Source: Girardia tigrina (lineage: Eukaryota). From it: a stretch of DNA of 64,000 nt. Made by a program: the position numbers and the translations under genes. The DNA is taken from positions 8,182 to 72,181 of the forward strand of contig MQRK01213622.1 in the NCBI GenBank assembly GCA_001938485.1, read 5' to 3'. This document shows positions 13,151 through 26,282 of the stretch, piece after piece (position 1 is the first letter of the stretch; each line of letters starts with the position of its first letter). The notes under the pieces are model-generated. The model was not told the origin of the DNA. It saw only the letters and a list, made by a program, of their open reading frames with translations, and did no database searches.

Positions 13151-14159
13151 GTTGTGACAAATAAATTCAAAAATGTTCTCCTTACAAAAATAATTTGAAA
13201 TCGAAAGTAATCGAAAATTAATTAATAAAAAATGAATATATCTTAATTTCTGATTGAATTATTTTTGAATTAATATTTGCTAATTTAATTAATTATTGAT
13301 TAATGAAATAACAAAATTGATAAAATTATTAAAAGATGAATTTTATATAACAAATTATATTTTAATTATAGAATAATATAATTTATTAAAAGTTTTTTTT
13401 AATTTAAAAAGACAATTGTTATGAAAATGGAAAAAATAAATCGAATATCATTTTAATTACGATTTTCCTCAACTCCATAAATTTGTCATTTACATTTTAA
13501 ATGAAAATATTTTCTTTTCCCTAATATAAAATGAATTATTAATAAATTTTTATGTCAATAATACGATAGAACTGAAATATATAAATAAATAAACAAATAA
13601 AAAATAGTTTCACTAATTATTGATTAAAAAAAGTTAAAATATTTTTTAGTTAAAACGATTTATTTTGCAAAATTATAAATATAATTTATTATTATAATTA
13701 TATTTGAATGACTAAAACAAATCAAATAAAATTTAAAATCGAAAAAAAATATTTAAAGATGGTTTCTAACTTTTATATTTTTATTGTGATAATATTTTAT
13801 ATATGAAAAGAAAGGTCAAATTGACTTTAGAGTTAATGGAGAGTTGTTGCTCATCTAGCAAATACCTTTTTCGAAACCTTTTCTTTAAGTTAAGAAAAAC
13901 TTCTTTGCAAAAATCCATGAAACTATTCAACAAGTTATTAATAGAAGCGTAGTGACTGTTAATATTTAGAATTAAATTAGAATAAAGATTATTCATGATG
14001 CTTTCAATAAGTACCCTACCTAAGATAACAAGCTATAATATAAAGTTTTAGTTTTCTTTGTGTGATTAAATGAATGAAAATAAGTTTTAATTTCATTAAT
14101 TGTTTTATTTTATCAAATGTATTAAAACTTTTATTGTAATATTTTGAATTTTCATCACT

Positions 14160-15480
14160 GCGATGATTTCTGAGGTTGAATATTGCATATTTCTCAAGTT
14201 CTTTGTCTTGCAAAATAAGATGTGCTGTGAAATCTACAATCTTTAGCAGTCAACTTTCCTACATGACTCTTCATCTCTCACAACTGTTAAATATCGGATC
14301 AAAAAGTTTTTAATCAAGAAAAATCAGATCGGCTACAAGAAATTTTCGATACAATTGATGGAAAATTTGAGAAGATGGTACAAACCGTTTGGAGTGCAGT
14401 AAGAATAACTTGAACCTGTGAAACCAGCATATTGACACTTTCCTGTAAAATTTGATTACGAAAGAGGAAACCTAACTAGGTATTTGTACGAAACAAAGAG
14501 TGAATCAGCAGAGTGGAAACTACCTGGAGAGAAGCATCTTTGAAGATGCGAATGGGGACAAGTTATGGTCAAGCGATGATGCATTCATTTTCTGGGATCA
14601 TAAAGGTGTTATTCTCATTAATTTAGTGGATAAAGGCATCACTATCAAGACTGCCAATTACAGACAAATCGTGGCAAACACCAGAAAGCATTTTTCCCGA
14701 CAATGTGTCAGGGCATTTCTCGGGTAACAATTCACGGTGATGGATTAGTGCTTGTGGTACAGATTTGGCACTGTCCGATACTGACCTCTTCAGACATCTA
14801 AAGAAGCGTTTGACAAGCATCCAGTTTGGATCCAAAGCCAATTTGAAGATGGCCGTGGAAAATTTCTTCGCCGCGTACCCACAAAAAAAATTCAAAAAGG
14901 TGTTTTCTGAGTTGATTATTTGGTCGCGGAAGTGTGGGGAGTGAAATTGACATTATTTTGAAAATTAATTACTATATTATGGTTTCATCACTGAACATCG
15001 AACGCCATTGATTCACTGTCCATTATTGGTAAGCTTTTTCAAACGCGAGCCTATCACGAATATTCTTCGATGATAAACGCGGTTTTTTTGCAGGCTTGTA
15101 CGATCGAAAGCCTCCTTCAACCAGATGTCGACGAATGGTTCATGTGTTAGGCAGTTTATCAATGTTAGCTGGAAGATCAGCTTGTATTGCGCGAGAGCCA
15201 GCAAATGGATTGGTCTTGCAGGATCTCAAAATAGCTCGATTTGTCACCTTGCTTGTGATACGCGGCCTTCCACTGCGCTTCGTATAGGCAAAGGCACCAG
15301 TGGCTTGATGAAGACGGAGAGTGTCGGCTACTACAGCGCGGCTAATATTGAATCACAGGGTAATTGCACGGTTCGAGACTCCAGTGTCGTGTAAAGCGAC
15401 GAATTGTACCCTCAGAGTGGGTAAAAGTTGTTTTTTTTTTAAAAAATAATTGCAGACCGGGTAATTATTAAACGCATCGC
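14160..15480 (+). mobile_element. Decayed mariner related to 61826-62927, with an unusually long GC-richer 3' region
   Basis: MISEVEYCIFLKFF start, FWDHKGVILINLVDKGITI, DLALSDTDLFRHLKK. Terminal gcagaccgggtaattattaaacgcatcgca|TA. Confidence 0.75.
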
Positions 15481-15556
15481 ATATATATATATATATATAT
15501 ATATATNNNNNNNNNNNNNNNNNNNNNNNNNNNNNNNNNNNNNNNNNNNNNNNNNN

Positions 15557-15604
<48 letters not shown>

Positions 15605-16112
15605 TTATATATATAGTATACTTGTATACTTGGTTGTACTGATCATTAATATTTTAAATCAAATTACACCAAAAAATACATATATTTATCATAAAAAATT
15701 TATAATATAAGCATAAAAATAGTCACAAATACTTGACACAAATACTTTTATATATCATAATAGCATAGTGGGTATGCTACTAAAGCTGTATTCTTATTGG
15801 ATGTTGGTTAAGAAGATTATTTACATGCAGTTACACACACGCGTACGTAGATATTAATTTTCTTAAAAATGCAAGTGTGGCCAGTGAATTATAGTCACAA
15901 CTGTAGGTTAAACTTGTTGTGTTATAAAATTGCCCTGTTGGAATTCATTTTCTTTGGCAGACCGGGTAATTATTAAACGCATCGCATATATATATATATA
16001 TATATATATAGTATACTTGTATACTTGGTTGTACTGATCATTAATATTTTAAATCAAATTACACAAAAAATACATATATTTATCATAAAAAATTTATAAT
16101 ATAAGCATAAAA
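15452..16112 (+). repeat. Direct duplication (15452-15719 vs 15957-16112) around a (TA)n microsatellite and small gap
   Basis: Near-identical TIR + (TA)n + gtatacttgtatacttgg...gcataaaa occurs twice. Confidence 0.85.
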
Positions 16113-17249
16113 CTTCTATATTTCTATCTATAACAAAAAATATCAAAGATATAGATCATAACTAAAAGCGAAATGAAAACATCATTTCCAAAAACAATAT
16201 CTGTTATAAATTATTAAATCTAAAAAAATTGAAAAAAACTTTGTTTTAAAACTGTGAGAAATGTTGTTTTTAATGAAAAAAAGAAACATTCTCTTGTGTG
16301 GTATGAATAAAGATGTCCGACTACTGACTATTCTAATTGATTTCCATTTTAAAATAACTAATTTTTTTTTATTAATCGATTTTCGGATTTTTATCGCCAA
16401 ATACTATCAATAGAGGAAAATATGTTCCTGAGCCAACATTTTTCATTCAAATGATGAGACTCATGATCAATTTCAATCCGACTACAACGAACTTCCTCCG
16501 AATAATCGAATTGTTTGACAAACAATAGAAGAGGCATTGCGAATTGGTGATCACGTAACTTTGGACCGGATATTGTCAATAAAAAAAGTAACAGCGATTC
16601 TTGTATTGAAAATACGAAGCATAAGTGTTGTGTTTACGTGGGAACAGCAGTTCTATTTGATCTTTCCATTGAATCCTTTTTGTTAATCACTATTGCACCA
16701 ATCGCTTGTCAAGTGATTTTAATTTACAGAACGAATAAGTGGAACGCATTTGACAAACCTACAAGTGATTCCGAGATTTTCCTACCAAAGTTCTTTAGGA
16801 CACTGGTACTCGAGGGCATTGATTCAGATAAAAATTGATATTCTTTGGTTGAACATGGAAAGTCAATAAATATGAGACTGTATAAAGCGGATGACTCACA
16901 CTCCACTCGATCAACGTCCAACATACACCCTTTGGTGAACTCCAAACAAAACAAAAAAATAACAAAAAAGTGAATGTGAATCGCGATATTGATACTCAAA
17001 ATTATAAAGAAAACATACAGTTCAAAAAATGTAAATAAATACTAATAATAAAATAAAGTCAAACAAAGATTGTTTTATAGAAACAACAGATACGAAAGTT
17101 GAGGTGGCACAATTAAAAAATAGCGTTATGCAAAATGTCGATTGATGATTCGGTTGTAATAAAAATTTGTCGATCAGATAAATATATTTTGCAAAATCGA
17201 ATTTTGTGTTTTCTATTTTCTGTTGATAACATTCAATATCACGGTTTTT

Positions 17250-17514
17250 AATCCCGATGGAGAACGGGCAAGACGGTCGCCTCGTCTCTATTCCGAGAGA
17301 GTCATTGATTTTCGGTTATAATGTTCCTTCGAAGTTCCCGTCTTCATTGTGCATAGATATAAATAAGAACAATTCCTCCTGCGCCAGCATCTGCAAGAGG
17401 CGTTTGATGATCTCAGGCACGTCTGCATTACCAAAACGGCCGCCACTAGAGACCGCCACCGAACCGGGGCTAAAGTTCTGCCACCGGGACAGTCAGCGAG
17501 TCCAGCGTATTCGA
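17250..17514 (-). mobile_element. Probable RTE-clade LINE 5'UTR and decayed APE start
   Basis: GC-rich island. Minus strand gives MKTGT..RTL (GTWNVRTL-like) then LGI-ETR. Confidence 0.45.
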
Positions 17515-17535
17515 ACTGGAGATTGTTATACACCA

Positions 17536-18481
17536 TATTGGGTACTTGATCAAAAGACGTTGTCATTAACACAAAACTTTATTTCTACCACAATTTAAGT
17601 TTTTTAAACAAATATTTTCGAGGAACATTAGCACTTTCTTTTTACACAAACCATTATACGAATAGATATAAATATAAATGTGGTTATTGTATTTTTTACG
17701 AATTAAAATTATATATTTTTTTTAATAAAAAATTATAAAGTGAATTTATTAAAATTTTGTCACAAAGATTTTGTTGCATTTTTTATTAAATTTCAATTTT
17801 ATTGTACATTTAAATTTACCTGTTTCTCAATTAAATTTTCCAATTTTTTACAATAGTATTTTCATTTCGTTTTCATAATAGTTTTAAAAATTACTTTCGA
17901 TTTAATAAAATAGTGTTTTGAAAATAGAATTTAAAATCGCAATTTCGTTTAATTTAACAACTTTTAAATTACCCCTTTTTACATAAAAAATAAAATTATA
18001 TTTCCATTAATAATTACGTTTTCCAAATAAAATTAAAATCGCATTTTCATTTAAGTCGATTTAATTGTTTTACAATTATATTTTGATTCCAATTACAATT
18101 TTCAAAAAAAATTATAATTACATTTTTAATTTACCTCGATTTAATCGTGTAAAATAAAAGTTACAAAAAATAGTTTAGTTTATTTTAATTTCGCAAATAA
18201 AATATTAAACTTTATATTACTTTTTATTTTATTTCAATTAAATATTTTCATCAAATTTTAAATTAACTTTTTTACTTTATAATAAATCTTTGCATAAATC
18301 TTTTGATAAACCTGCCGTAAAATTTATTTTATTTCTTACATAAATTAATTTTTACATTAAATTTCTGAAAATCTTATTTTAACATATCTATAAACATATT
18401 TTATGGAATGTAATTGTTTAATTATTAATTTGATAAGATTGTAAATTCAAAAATTTTATTAACTCAACAAGGCTCGCAACA
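17536..18481 (-). mobile_element. Gypsy solo LTR (~950 bp) inserted into an RTE LINE
   Basis: Perfect TSD CACCA/CACCA, minus-strand start TGTTGCGAG. Long homology to 54015-54501, which abuts a PPT and integrase. Confidence 0.85.
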
Positions 18482-18486
18482 CACCA

Positions 18487-18966
18487 CATAATTAGAGAGA
18501 AACCAAGAGTATTGCTACAAGCGCAATGATTAAGCTTCACACAATTTTTAACCTCATAGATATCTACCTCAAAAGTAGAATAAAGATCAGTTGGACAATA
18601 AATCAGAAGATCGTGGATGTACTTAAACCATTTTAAATGAAGTGCTACATGAGAATGCTGAAGATCACATGGAAAGAAAAGAAGACCAACGACCTTGTTG
18701 GAAGAGAGTAACAAAAATACTAATTAAAATACCAGAATCAATAGAAGAGACCATCAAGAGAAGGAAGCTGAACTTCTATGGACATCAGATAAGAAAATGA
18801 AAAGTGGAAGAAGAAAGACCACAGACAATGGGCATATGACTTAAAAAAATGGAGTGGATTGAACATGGAAAATCTGAGAAGAGAAACTACTAGGATGTTG
18901 TAGTTTATTATGCATAATTGGATGCACACACCCCTAAACGGTTAAGTTCTAAGAGTAAGAAGAAGA
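18487..18966 (+). mobile_element. RTE-clade LINE 3' fragment (begins ~17515, split by the LTR)
   Basis: SWTIN, F*MKCYMRMLKITWKEKKTN, IKRRKLNFYGH, WAYDLKKWSG. (AAG)n tail. Confidence 0.85.
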
Positions 18967-21109
18967 TTGTAATTCTATAGAATTTTACGACCATGCCTGA
19001 CTGTCAAAACGACGTAAAATTTGCATTATTATTATTTCTATCTTTTTCGTTAAAAAAACTCTGTTACTCGAATGACTTCAAAATGTAATCCCAAAAGCGA
19101 AAATAACAATTTAAAGATCTTTTTTCAATTAAAAACTAAAAAATCCGATTTTATAAATTTTCATGTGCTAAATAATTTATTTTTACAAATCTAAATAGGA
19201 AGAATTTTTAAACCAAATCTATTTTAATCGATTATTTTAATCACAGTTATAATAAAATATTTAATAATAATATATATAATAAATATAATAATAATTGTAA
19301 TTCAAGAAAATAATACTAAGTTGAAGTTGTATCAGAAGTGGCTTAACGTACTTGGTGTAATTTTTATGATAAAAACAATAAAAATGATGATATTTACAAA
19401 TACAATTTCTGTTTTATGCATTAAAGTTTGTTGTGGGACTCTGATATTTATATAAATATATAAATTTTTCTGCTCATTTCGAACAAGTTCCATTAAAGAA
19501 ACGACAAAATATGCTAATCCGGAAAAAAAGAAGTCATAAAATCCTGTTAATGTCTTCAATATATTTTCAAAGAATATTTTACTTATCTTCCTTCGCAGTA
19601 CTCTAATCCAACGATCCAGTCAGTTCATCATTGCAGGTTCACGACTAGAGGATTTTTCACTAAGTGATTCCAGTCTCGAAACATTAATAATGCAAATAAT
19701 CCTCGGTAATAAGAATTTAATAAATCTACAACTAAAAATTCTAAGTAAGCAATCAATTTCAATATTGATCGCACAGTTAAGACTTTCCATAACTTCCTTG
19801 TTCCATAATTCCTTCATCCAGTAATTGTCCTTATTATCGGTTAAAATAGGACAATTAAGACTAGAAATGAAAGGTTATTTAAATGATGGAGATCGGTGAA
19901 TCGATTATTAAATTAGGAAAAGTAGAAAATTTGTTCGAATTTTGTTTATTATAAATTTATTAGATTTGTTTATTAACAATCGACATTATAAACTATTTAT
20001 AACAGTTTTAATTACTTTTTCGAACTTTTTAGTTTAAAGATTGGATTATATATTTTTTAGAACTTTTGATTCGGTTTTGGTTTTATTTTTAAGTTTATAA
20101 AAGATAAAATATTTTGAAGGAATTGCAGATTTCATTTTATTTACCGAACTTGAAATTGAATCATTTAACGAATAAATACTAAATTTCTTTTTGCTGAAAA
20201 TTTCACCAGATTTATTAGCGAAAGTTTTACAGCTGTTTTTTCCAAATGGTAAAGAGTTTTCTTGGAAAAGACTATCGTTACTCCCAATAATTTATCAGAA
20301 TCGTCTAAATCAACATTGTGCTTATTAAAGTTGCCTTTAGAATTAGTATCTTTAAAAATGAAAAAAAAACATTTTTTTAGAGAAGATTTTATTATTTGAT
20401 TATTATTATCATTCGAATTCGATTTTTCTTTTTACATTCAAAGATTCACTTTTAAATTTTATTCTTATTAAAAATTTTTTATAACGTTTCGCCTTTTTTA
20501 TTTTTACATTTTTTTACAATTGATAACGGCATTTTTTCGGAAATTGAATTTATGACTGTTTATTTTTTTATATTTTTTTTCTAAATAAAAGAAGGCAAAA
20601 AACACACAAACATATCAACCAATCAAACAAAGAAAATTACATTTTACAAATCACAATCACATATACACACAAACGCACAGATAAAATCACTCTTTTCCCC
20701 GAACACACACCATTATTTACACACCATCACAAATTCAAATTGAATCGTGATTTTCCATCACAAAATCACGTGATCAAATCGATTCGATTAATTTTAGTTA
20801 TTTATTTTCTTTTATAATTTTAATTAATTGATCGTTTTTATAATTATTCATTTAGTTAATTATTTTTTTACTTTAATTCTTTTTTAATTAATTAAATTTA
20901 TGTAGTTTCATCAGAAACAGAACACCACTAAACAACAACAAAGTTTATTTAGGTACAACACAAAAAATCAAATTCTGTTTTCACGCTTTTAAACAAATTT
21001 AATTTTGATTATTTAACAAAATTATTACACTTTATTTAATTATTTAATTTACTTATTAATTTAATTAAAATATGATGGGAACTTATGTTTAAAAACAAAA
21101 ACACGCCAT

Positions 21110-21880
21110 CTGTTAAATAAACATTTATTTTTTACGACAATTAATTTCGACCGTATAACCGTCATCGTCAGGTCTCCAGAAAAAAAGAGTTTTAATTCTA
21201 CTTATATAGGCAAGCATTTATTATGTCATCAAATGATTGTTATGTCTCTAAACACACTCAATAGGGTTTTTGAGAGACCCGTTTGCACAGTAATCTTAGG
21301 ATTTTAAGATCTGATATAAAGTGCTTTTCAGACTACCCTCTCGCAATAGTTTTTAAAACGAGTACAACAGAATTTTAAAATCATTTATGTTTATATTTTC
21401 TTTCGAATTACTACCCTTTCTGCGTTCTGCAATATTACTCCCCCTACATTCAGACTATGTTCTTGGATTCTCTTACAAAGATGACGGGACGTCTCTCCAA
21501 TGTATGTGGCATTACGCCCATTACATGTAAATTTATATACGAGATCCGAACATAATCTAAATTGGGTTGGAGATTTCTTACAAAATACATTTCAGATTTT
21601 ATATGTTTGTGATATTATTTTTAAATTAAAAGCATTATTTACAAATTTTAAAATTGAACGTTTAAATTGACCAAATCCCTCTGAATATGGAATGCTTAAA
21701 ACGTATTTTAAAATTGGTTGTTCTTCTTTATCATTTTTAATAGGTTTATTAATTAATTTATCAATTGTTTCTTTGGTCAATTTCTCAACAGTTGATTTTC
21801 AATAACCAATTTTATTCAATAATTTGGTTAATTGGTTAATGCTATGACAACTTTTTGTATAAGTTGATAACTAAGATTTA
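21110..21880 (-). mobile_element. Penelope-like element 3' part (RT thumb/linker + GIY-YIG endonuclease + pLTR)
   Basis: LSIPYSEG, then LVYKFTCNGRNATYIGETSRHLCKRIQEH and DFKIL motifs. Confidence 0.88.
21136..21174 (-). ncRNA. Minimal type I hammerhead ribozyme motif of the PLE
   Basis: GAC-CUGACGA-U-GAC(GGUUAUACG)GUC-GAAA-UUAA-UU-GUC. Both conserved boxes and a palindromic stem III are present, followed by AATAAA. Confidence 0.75.
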
Positions 21881-21909
21881 AAAATATGTAAATTTGATAA
21901 AGGGACTTC

Positions 21910-22050
21910 TTGTAATGAATAATTGTAATTATTTTGATAAAATGAAAAAGGTTTTAAATTATTCGCAATTTAATAAAGTTAGTAACTTTACAAATAAATT
22001 TTAGAAAACCTTTTCCATTTTATCAAAATAAGCACAATTATTCATTACAA
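21910..22050. repeat. ~140-bp palindrome / fold-back MITE-like unit
   Basis: ~46-bp terminal inverted arms (TTGTAATGAATAATTGT...AAGGTTTT) plus central TAAAGTTA-G-TAACTTTA. Confidence 0.8.
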
Positions 22051-22074
22051 AATAATATATAAAATTTGTATATA

Positions 22075-22900
22075 TTAGGTTGACGCCAAAGTTCTTGGCC
22101 TTTATCAAGCAAAATTATTTTAAATGTTAGAAAAGGTACAAAAAACTGATTATTGAAGTAATCTCCGCCAACATCTTTCACTTTTTATCAGTTACCTGGT
22201 AACTTCTGAATGGCATTCTTGCAAATCTTTTGCAGTTTGAATGATCTGAAATTATCGATCTAATTCCTCCCATCATATTTGCTCTTAAAAAGTTATCTAA
22301 CCAAAGTGTGATGCAGAAATCTGAAAAGATAAAATGAAGATCAGAAAAAGAAACTGAATGCAAAAGATCCTTCCATCCAAGACATAAAATTGTATTTTTC
22401 GTTGCTGCAGAAAATATAGGGAAATCAAGTATCACTCAGTTGAACAATTGTTCTCTGTAGCGCTATGTTGTTATTGCTTGTCGATGTTTGAACAACTCAT
22501 AGTAAAACTTTCTCTTTGTATCCCACCATATGTATAACAGCATCTTCTTCCAATTAATATTTGGAGTAGCAGCTGTTGCTTGGCCTGGGTCCACCCATGA
22601 TCTTTTTATTCCGAATTTAACTGATTCAGATAAAAAAAATTACCACTTGATTAGCGAAAATTTAATCTTCAAAATAAAAGTAACCCATCGCGAATACTAA
22701 ATTCTTGAATTTCAAATCCGACACAGCCACTCTATCGCTACAACTGTCTAGTCTTCGCAGCAACCTGAGGATCAGAAAAAACAATTAAGATTCATAAATT
22801 TAAGTTTCTTCTATCAGTCTTGAAGATCAATTTTCTTATTTCCAAATTTTTAGATTTACTCAGATATAAGTGTAACTACGAAGGTCTTTCCGTTCCTTTA
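22075..22900 (-). mobile_element. Decayed mariner
   Basis: TA|TTAGGTTGACGCCAAAGTT TIR. Relics of SWVDPGQAT..TP and WWDT, and C-terminal MP..VT*KVxDVGGDYF. Confidence 0.75.
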
Positions 22901-23224
22901 ATGGACAAAATAAATAAAATAATGGGACTGAAAATATAATCAGAACTTAATTTATTTAGTGTTTTTAATAATTATTTGGAATCAATTAACAATTTGATTT
23001 TTGTTAATTGTTACAATTATTATTAATTAATATTAATTAGAGTCAAATGCGTGTCACAAAAGTAAATAGATTCCATTTATTTCTGTGAAAAATGTCCAAT
23101 TAAGTTTCCAGAATTTGTTTTCTTTTGACAAAAAGTGAAAATATAAATAAAATTCAAAAATGAAACATTAAAAAGTTGTACTTCAGGTAACACTTTCAAT
23201 ATACGACTAGTATTATATATTCTC

Positions 23225-23267
<43 letters not shown>

Positions 23268-23324
23268 TCATAATAATAGGTAACTTTATAACAAAATAAA
23301 AGAAGGATCATGAAGAAGCAGATA

Positions 23325-23620
23325 ATTGAAAATTATTTAATTTAATTTTAAAGTACAAATATTTAAAATATGTTTCAAATGTAATATTTAATTTTTAATG
23401 TAAATTTAAAATTTTAATATAATAATTTAATTGGTTCTTCTTTTTTTAAAACATATTTAAATTTAATTTTAAGCAGTGCGAGTTTTGATAATTAATTTGT
23501 CTTATAAATATTTAATAATTATAGTGAAAGTGATTTAAATAATTGTTGTAATGAAAATTCTGTTTGTAATGATAATAAATATTCAAATAATCATAGTGAT
23601 GTTGTTATTAGACATTATAA
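23325..23620 (+). mobile_element. 5'-truncated family X copy
   Basis: Close match to 11924-12020, and a 3' end like 11740-11810. Confidence 0.55.
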
Positions 23621-23879
23621 TTGTTTGTTTTTTTAATTATTATCAAATTATTGATGTTTTTAAATAAAATGATACATTACTAAAAATAATGACATAAATT
23701 ATTGGCTATGACATTTGAAATATTTTGTCAATTTAGAATTATTGCATTTATAATATTATGTAAGAATTTAATAGTTGAAATAAATTATTGGTTATTATTT
23801 AAATTATTTCATTAAGTTTGAATATTTGGTATGATGATTTGATTCTTCATTAATTATTTGTTGTCTCTTTTTAGTTAAA

Positions 23880-25397
23880 CATTACAAATGAGTCGCACAT
23901 TGATCATTATAGGAGAACACAAAACTTCCATTATTTTACTGAACAAAGAAGGTTACCATCAGAATGTTATTGTTAGTCGGTTAATTGTATAGCTCACAAT
24001 TCTCGACCGAGTTTAACCAAAAGGGTGAAAAGGACCTCCTCAAAAGAATAAACAAGAAGGATGTCAATTTGGTAAATAAGCCAGTCTACAAAGATTCTTT
24101 TGTTACATTGTAAAAAGTCAAGGCACATTTTTCATCATCAGCTTATTTATTCATTTGCAGTATAAAGCGACAGTTTTGATGTAGATTTGCAACTAACAGC
24201 TCTTGTTATTTCCTGTAAGCCACTTATACACATGACTGTTTTTCAACGTCGTTTAGCCTTTTCTTGAAAGTACCAGGATTGGCCCATTGAAAGTTGGAAA
24301 ATCCATGATATTTTCAGATGAAAGTACATTCCACAAATATAACATTCGCAGATTCGTCTGAAGTCCTCCTGAATCTAATACTTATTATTAAGAACATTGA
24401 GACGATTCTCATTTGAATTTTTATTACTATTACATTTAGAGTCATTACAACTGTAAGAAGATCTTTCATCATTTGACGTCGCTCTAATTGGTTTCGTTAT
24501 TTCTATTTTTAATCATGATTATTCGAACAATTTTTCTAAATATTTTTAAAATATTTAGTTTTTAAAAATATTAATTAAAAATAATATTTTAAATCACTTC
24601 TAAATAAAAACACAAAATTATAAAAAATGTTATCAAATTATTAAAAATGACTTTAATTTAAATCTTATTAAATTTATTTAAATTTAATTAAATGCTTTTC
24701 TTTTCTTAAAAAATATTAATCTTAATTTAAATTGTTAATTTAAAAAATATAAACTTATAGTCATAAACGAATAGTCAATCACTTTAAATTTAAAAAAATA
24801 ACAATTTCCATCTGGGTGGGAAAATCACCATTCTAAGTTCAGCATGCTCAAATCAATATATAACATCACTACATTCACACATTCAAACAATTTAAAATAT
24901 TCCTCACACTTTTGATGCAGTTTGTCTCTTCTACGGTGAAATACTTACTCAAAATTATGGAATGGAGTGCTTTGTCTATGGTGGTCATGGTGGCCATCAT
25001 TATTGGTACTAAAATCAAATGACGAAGGCGAAATTTTATCATAATATTCTAGATGAAAAGTTGTCCATCTGGATGCATAACCTTCGGTGTAATGTGTCCC
25101 AGCATGATTCAGTACCATATCATAAAGCTAAAGTAGTCACTCAGTGGTTTCAAGAAAACCAAATCGAAAAGCTTGATTTGGACCAGTTATTAACTAGATC
25201 TTAAGTCTATAGAAAATTTATATGGTATCATGAAAAAAAGAAACTTGGATATCACATCTCGTTTAGATCTACGGGAAGAAATATATCACATATGTTGCCC
25301 TGAGGTAATCTCAGAGCAGTGTCAAAGAATTATTTTCTCAATGCTTTGAAGAATCAAAGAAGATTTTAAAAATAATGGCAATGTTATAAAATATTAA
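23880..25397 (+). mobile_element. Decayed Tc1 transposon interrupted by a solo LTR
   Basis: WKSMIFSDESTF, QHDSVPYHKAKVVTQWF, DLKSIENL, SML*RIKEDFKNNG..IKY. Confidence 0.85.
24386..24908 (-). mobile_element. Solo-LTR-like unit (family X) inside the Tc1 ORF
   Basis: Minus start TGTGAGGAATATTTT, motif CCCACCCAGATGG, TSD CTTAT/CTTTT. Tc1-like coding sequence resumes on the far side. Confidence 0.8.
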
Positions 25398-26282
25398 TTA
25401 TTATGCACTTATGCTGTAAAACTATGCAACAAATGGTCGGTATATTCAATGACATTAAATTTCTATGTAGGCTTTTATAATCTAAGCAATTGTCTCCCCG
25501 CAATTGTCATATACGTAATTGTCACGGAACCGTTTACTTCGCAAAAAATATATCAAAATAATTAACCACTCATTTCTAAAAATAATTAAATATTCTCTTT
25601 AAAACGGTTACGCCTTCAGGAAACTTTTAAGGCGTGTCAGAATATGCAGATTTGTCTTTTGTAAATACTTTCAATATTTTTTATGAAAATATGCGAAATT
25701 GTTTATTAAATTGCATAGAGACTTTATGACTTATGAACAATAAAGTTTAAAAAACTGAATTTCAAACAAATATTCATTTTTTCTTATAATAATTTTTCTA
25801 TTTAAAAATACAAATGAATTTTATTTCACAAGGAAAAACGTTTGTATTATTTTCTGTAAAAATTAAATTATTAAAATTTGATTTCTGTCAAAATTTTCGA
25901 ATTTAAAATTCATTATTATTTATTTAGTACTTAAAACAATATTTTCTTTTATTTATATTTTATAAATGTCTTTCAGACATTTCTTAAGACAGATGATTAA
26001 ATGCGAAACAATTATAGCATAAATATTGTTGATTAAAAAACTCTTCATGAAAAATTATTAAAATATATATTAATTATTAATATTTTGCAATTTCTTTAAA
26101 AAAATAAACAATTTAATAATAATATTTGGATTTTAAAAGTTCTTTAGAAAGTTGTTTTCATTTACTTTTAATAATTTGATTTTTATTTTATATAATTATT
26201 TAATTTATTCATTTGAGAATTTATTTTGGTGATATTATAAAAAATATCTTTGATAATATTAAATTTATAATAATAATGTTTT

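Noticed and set aside
15452-16112. Tandem duplication as a biological event
   Set aside because: It brackets a (TA)n and a small N-gap, so a contig-overlap artefact is more likely.
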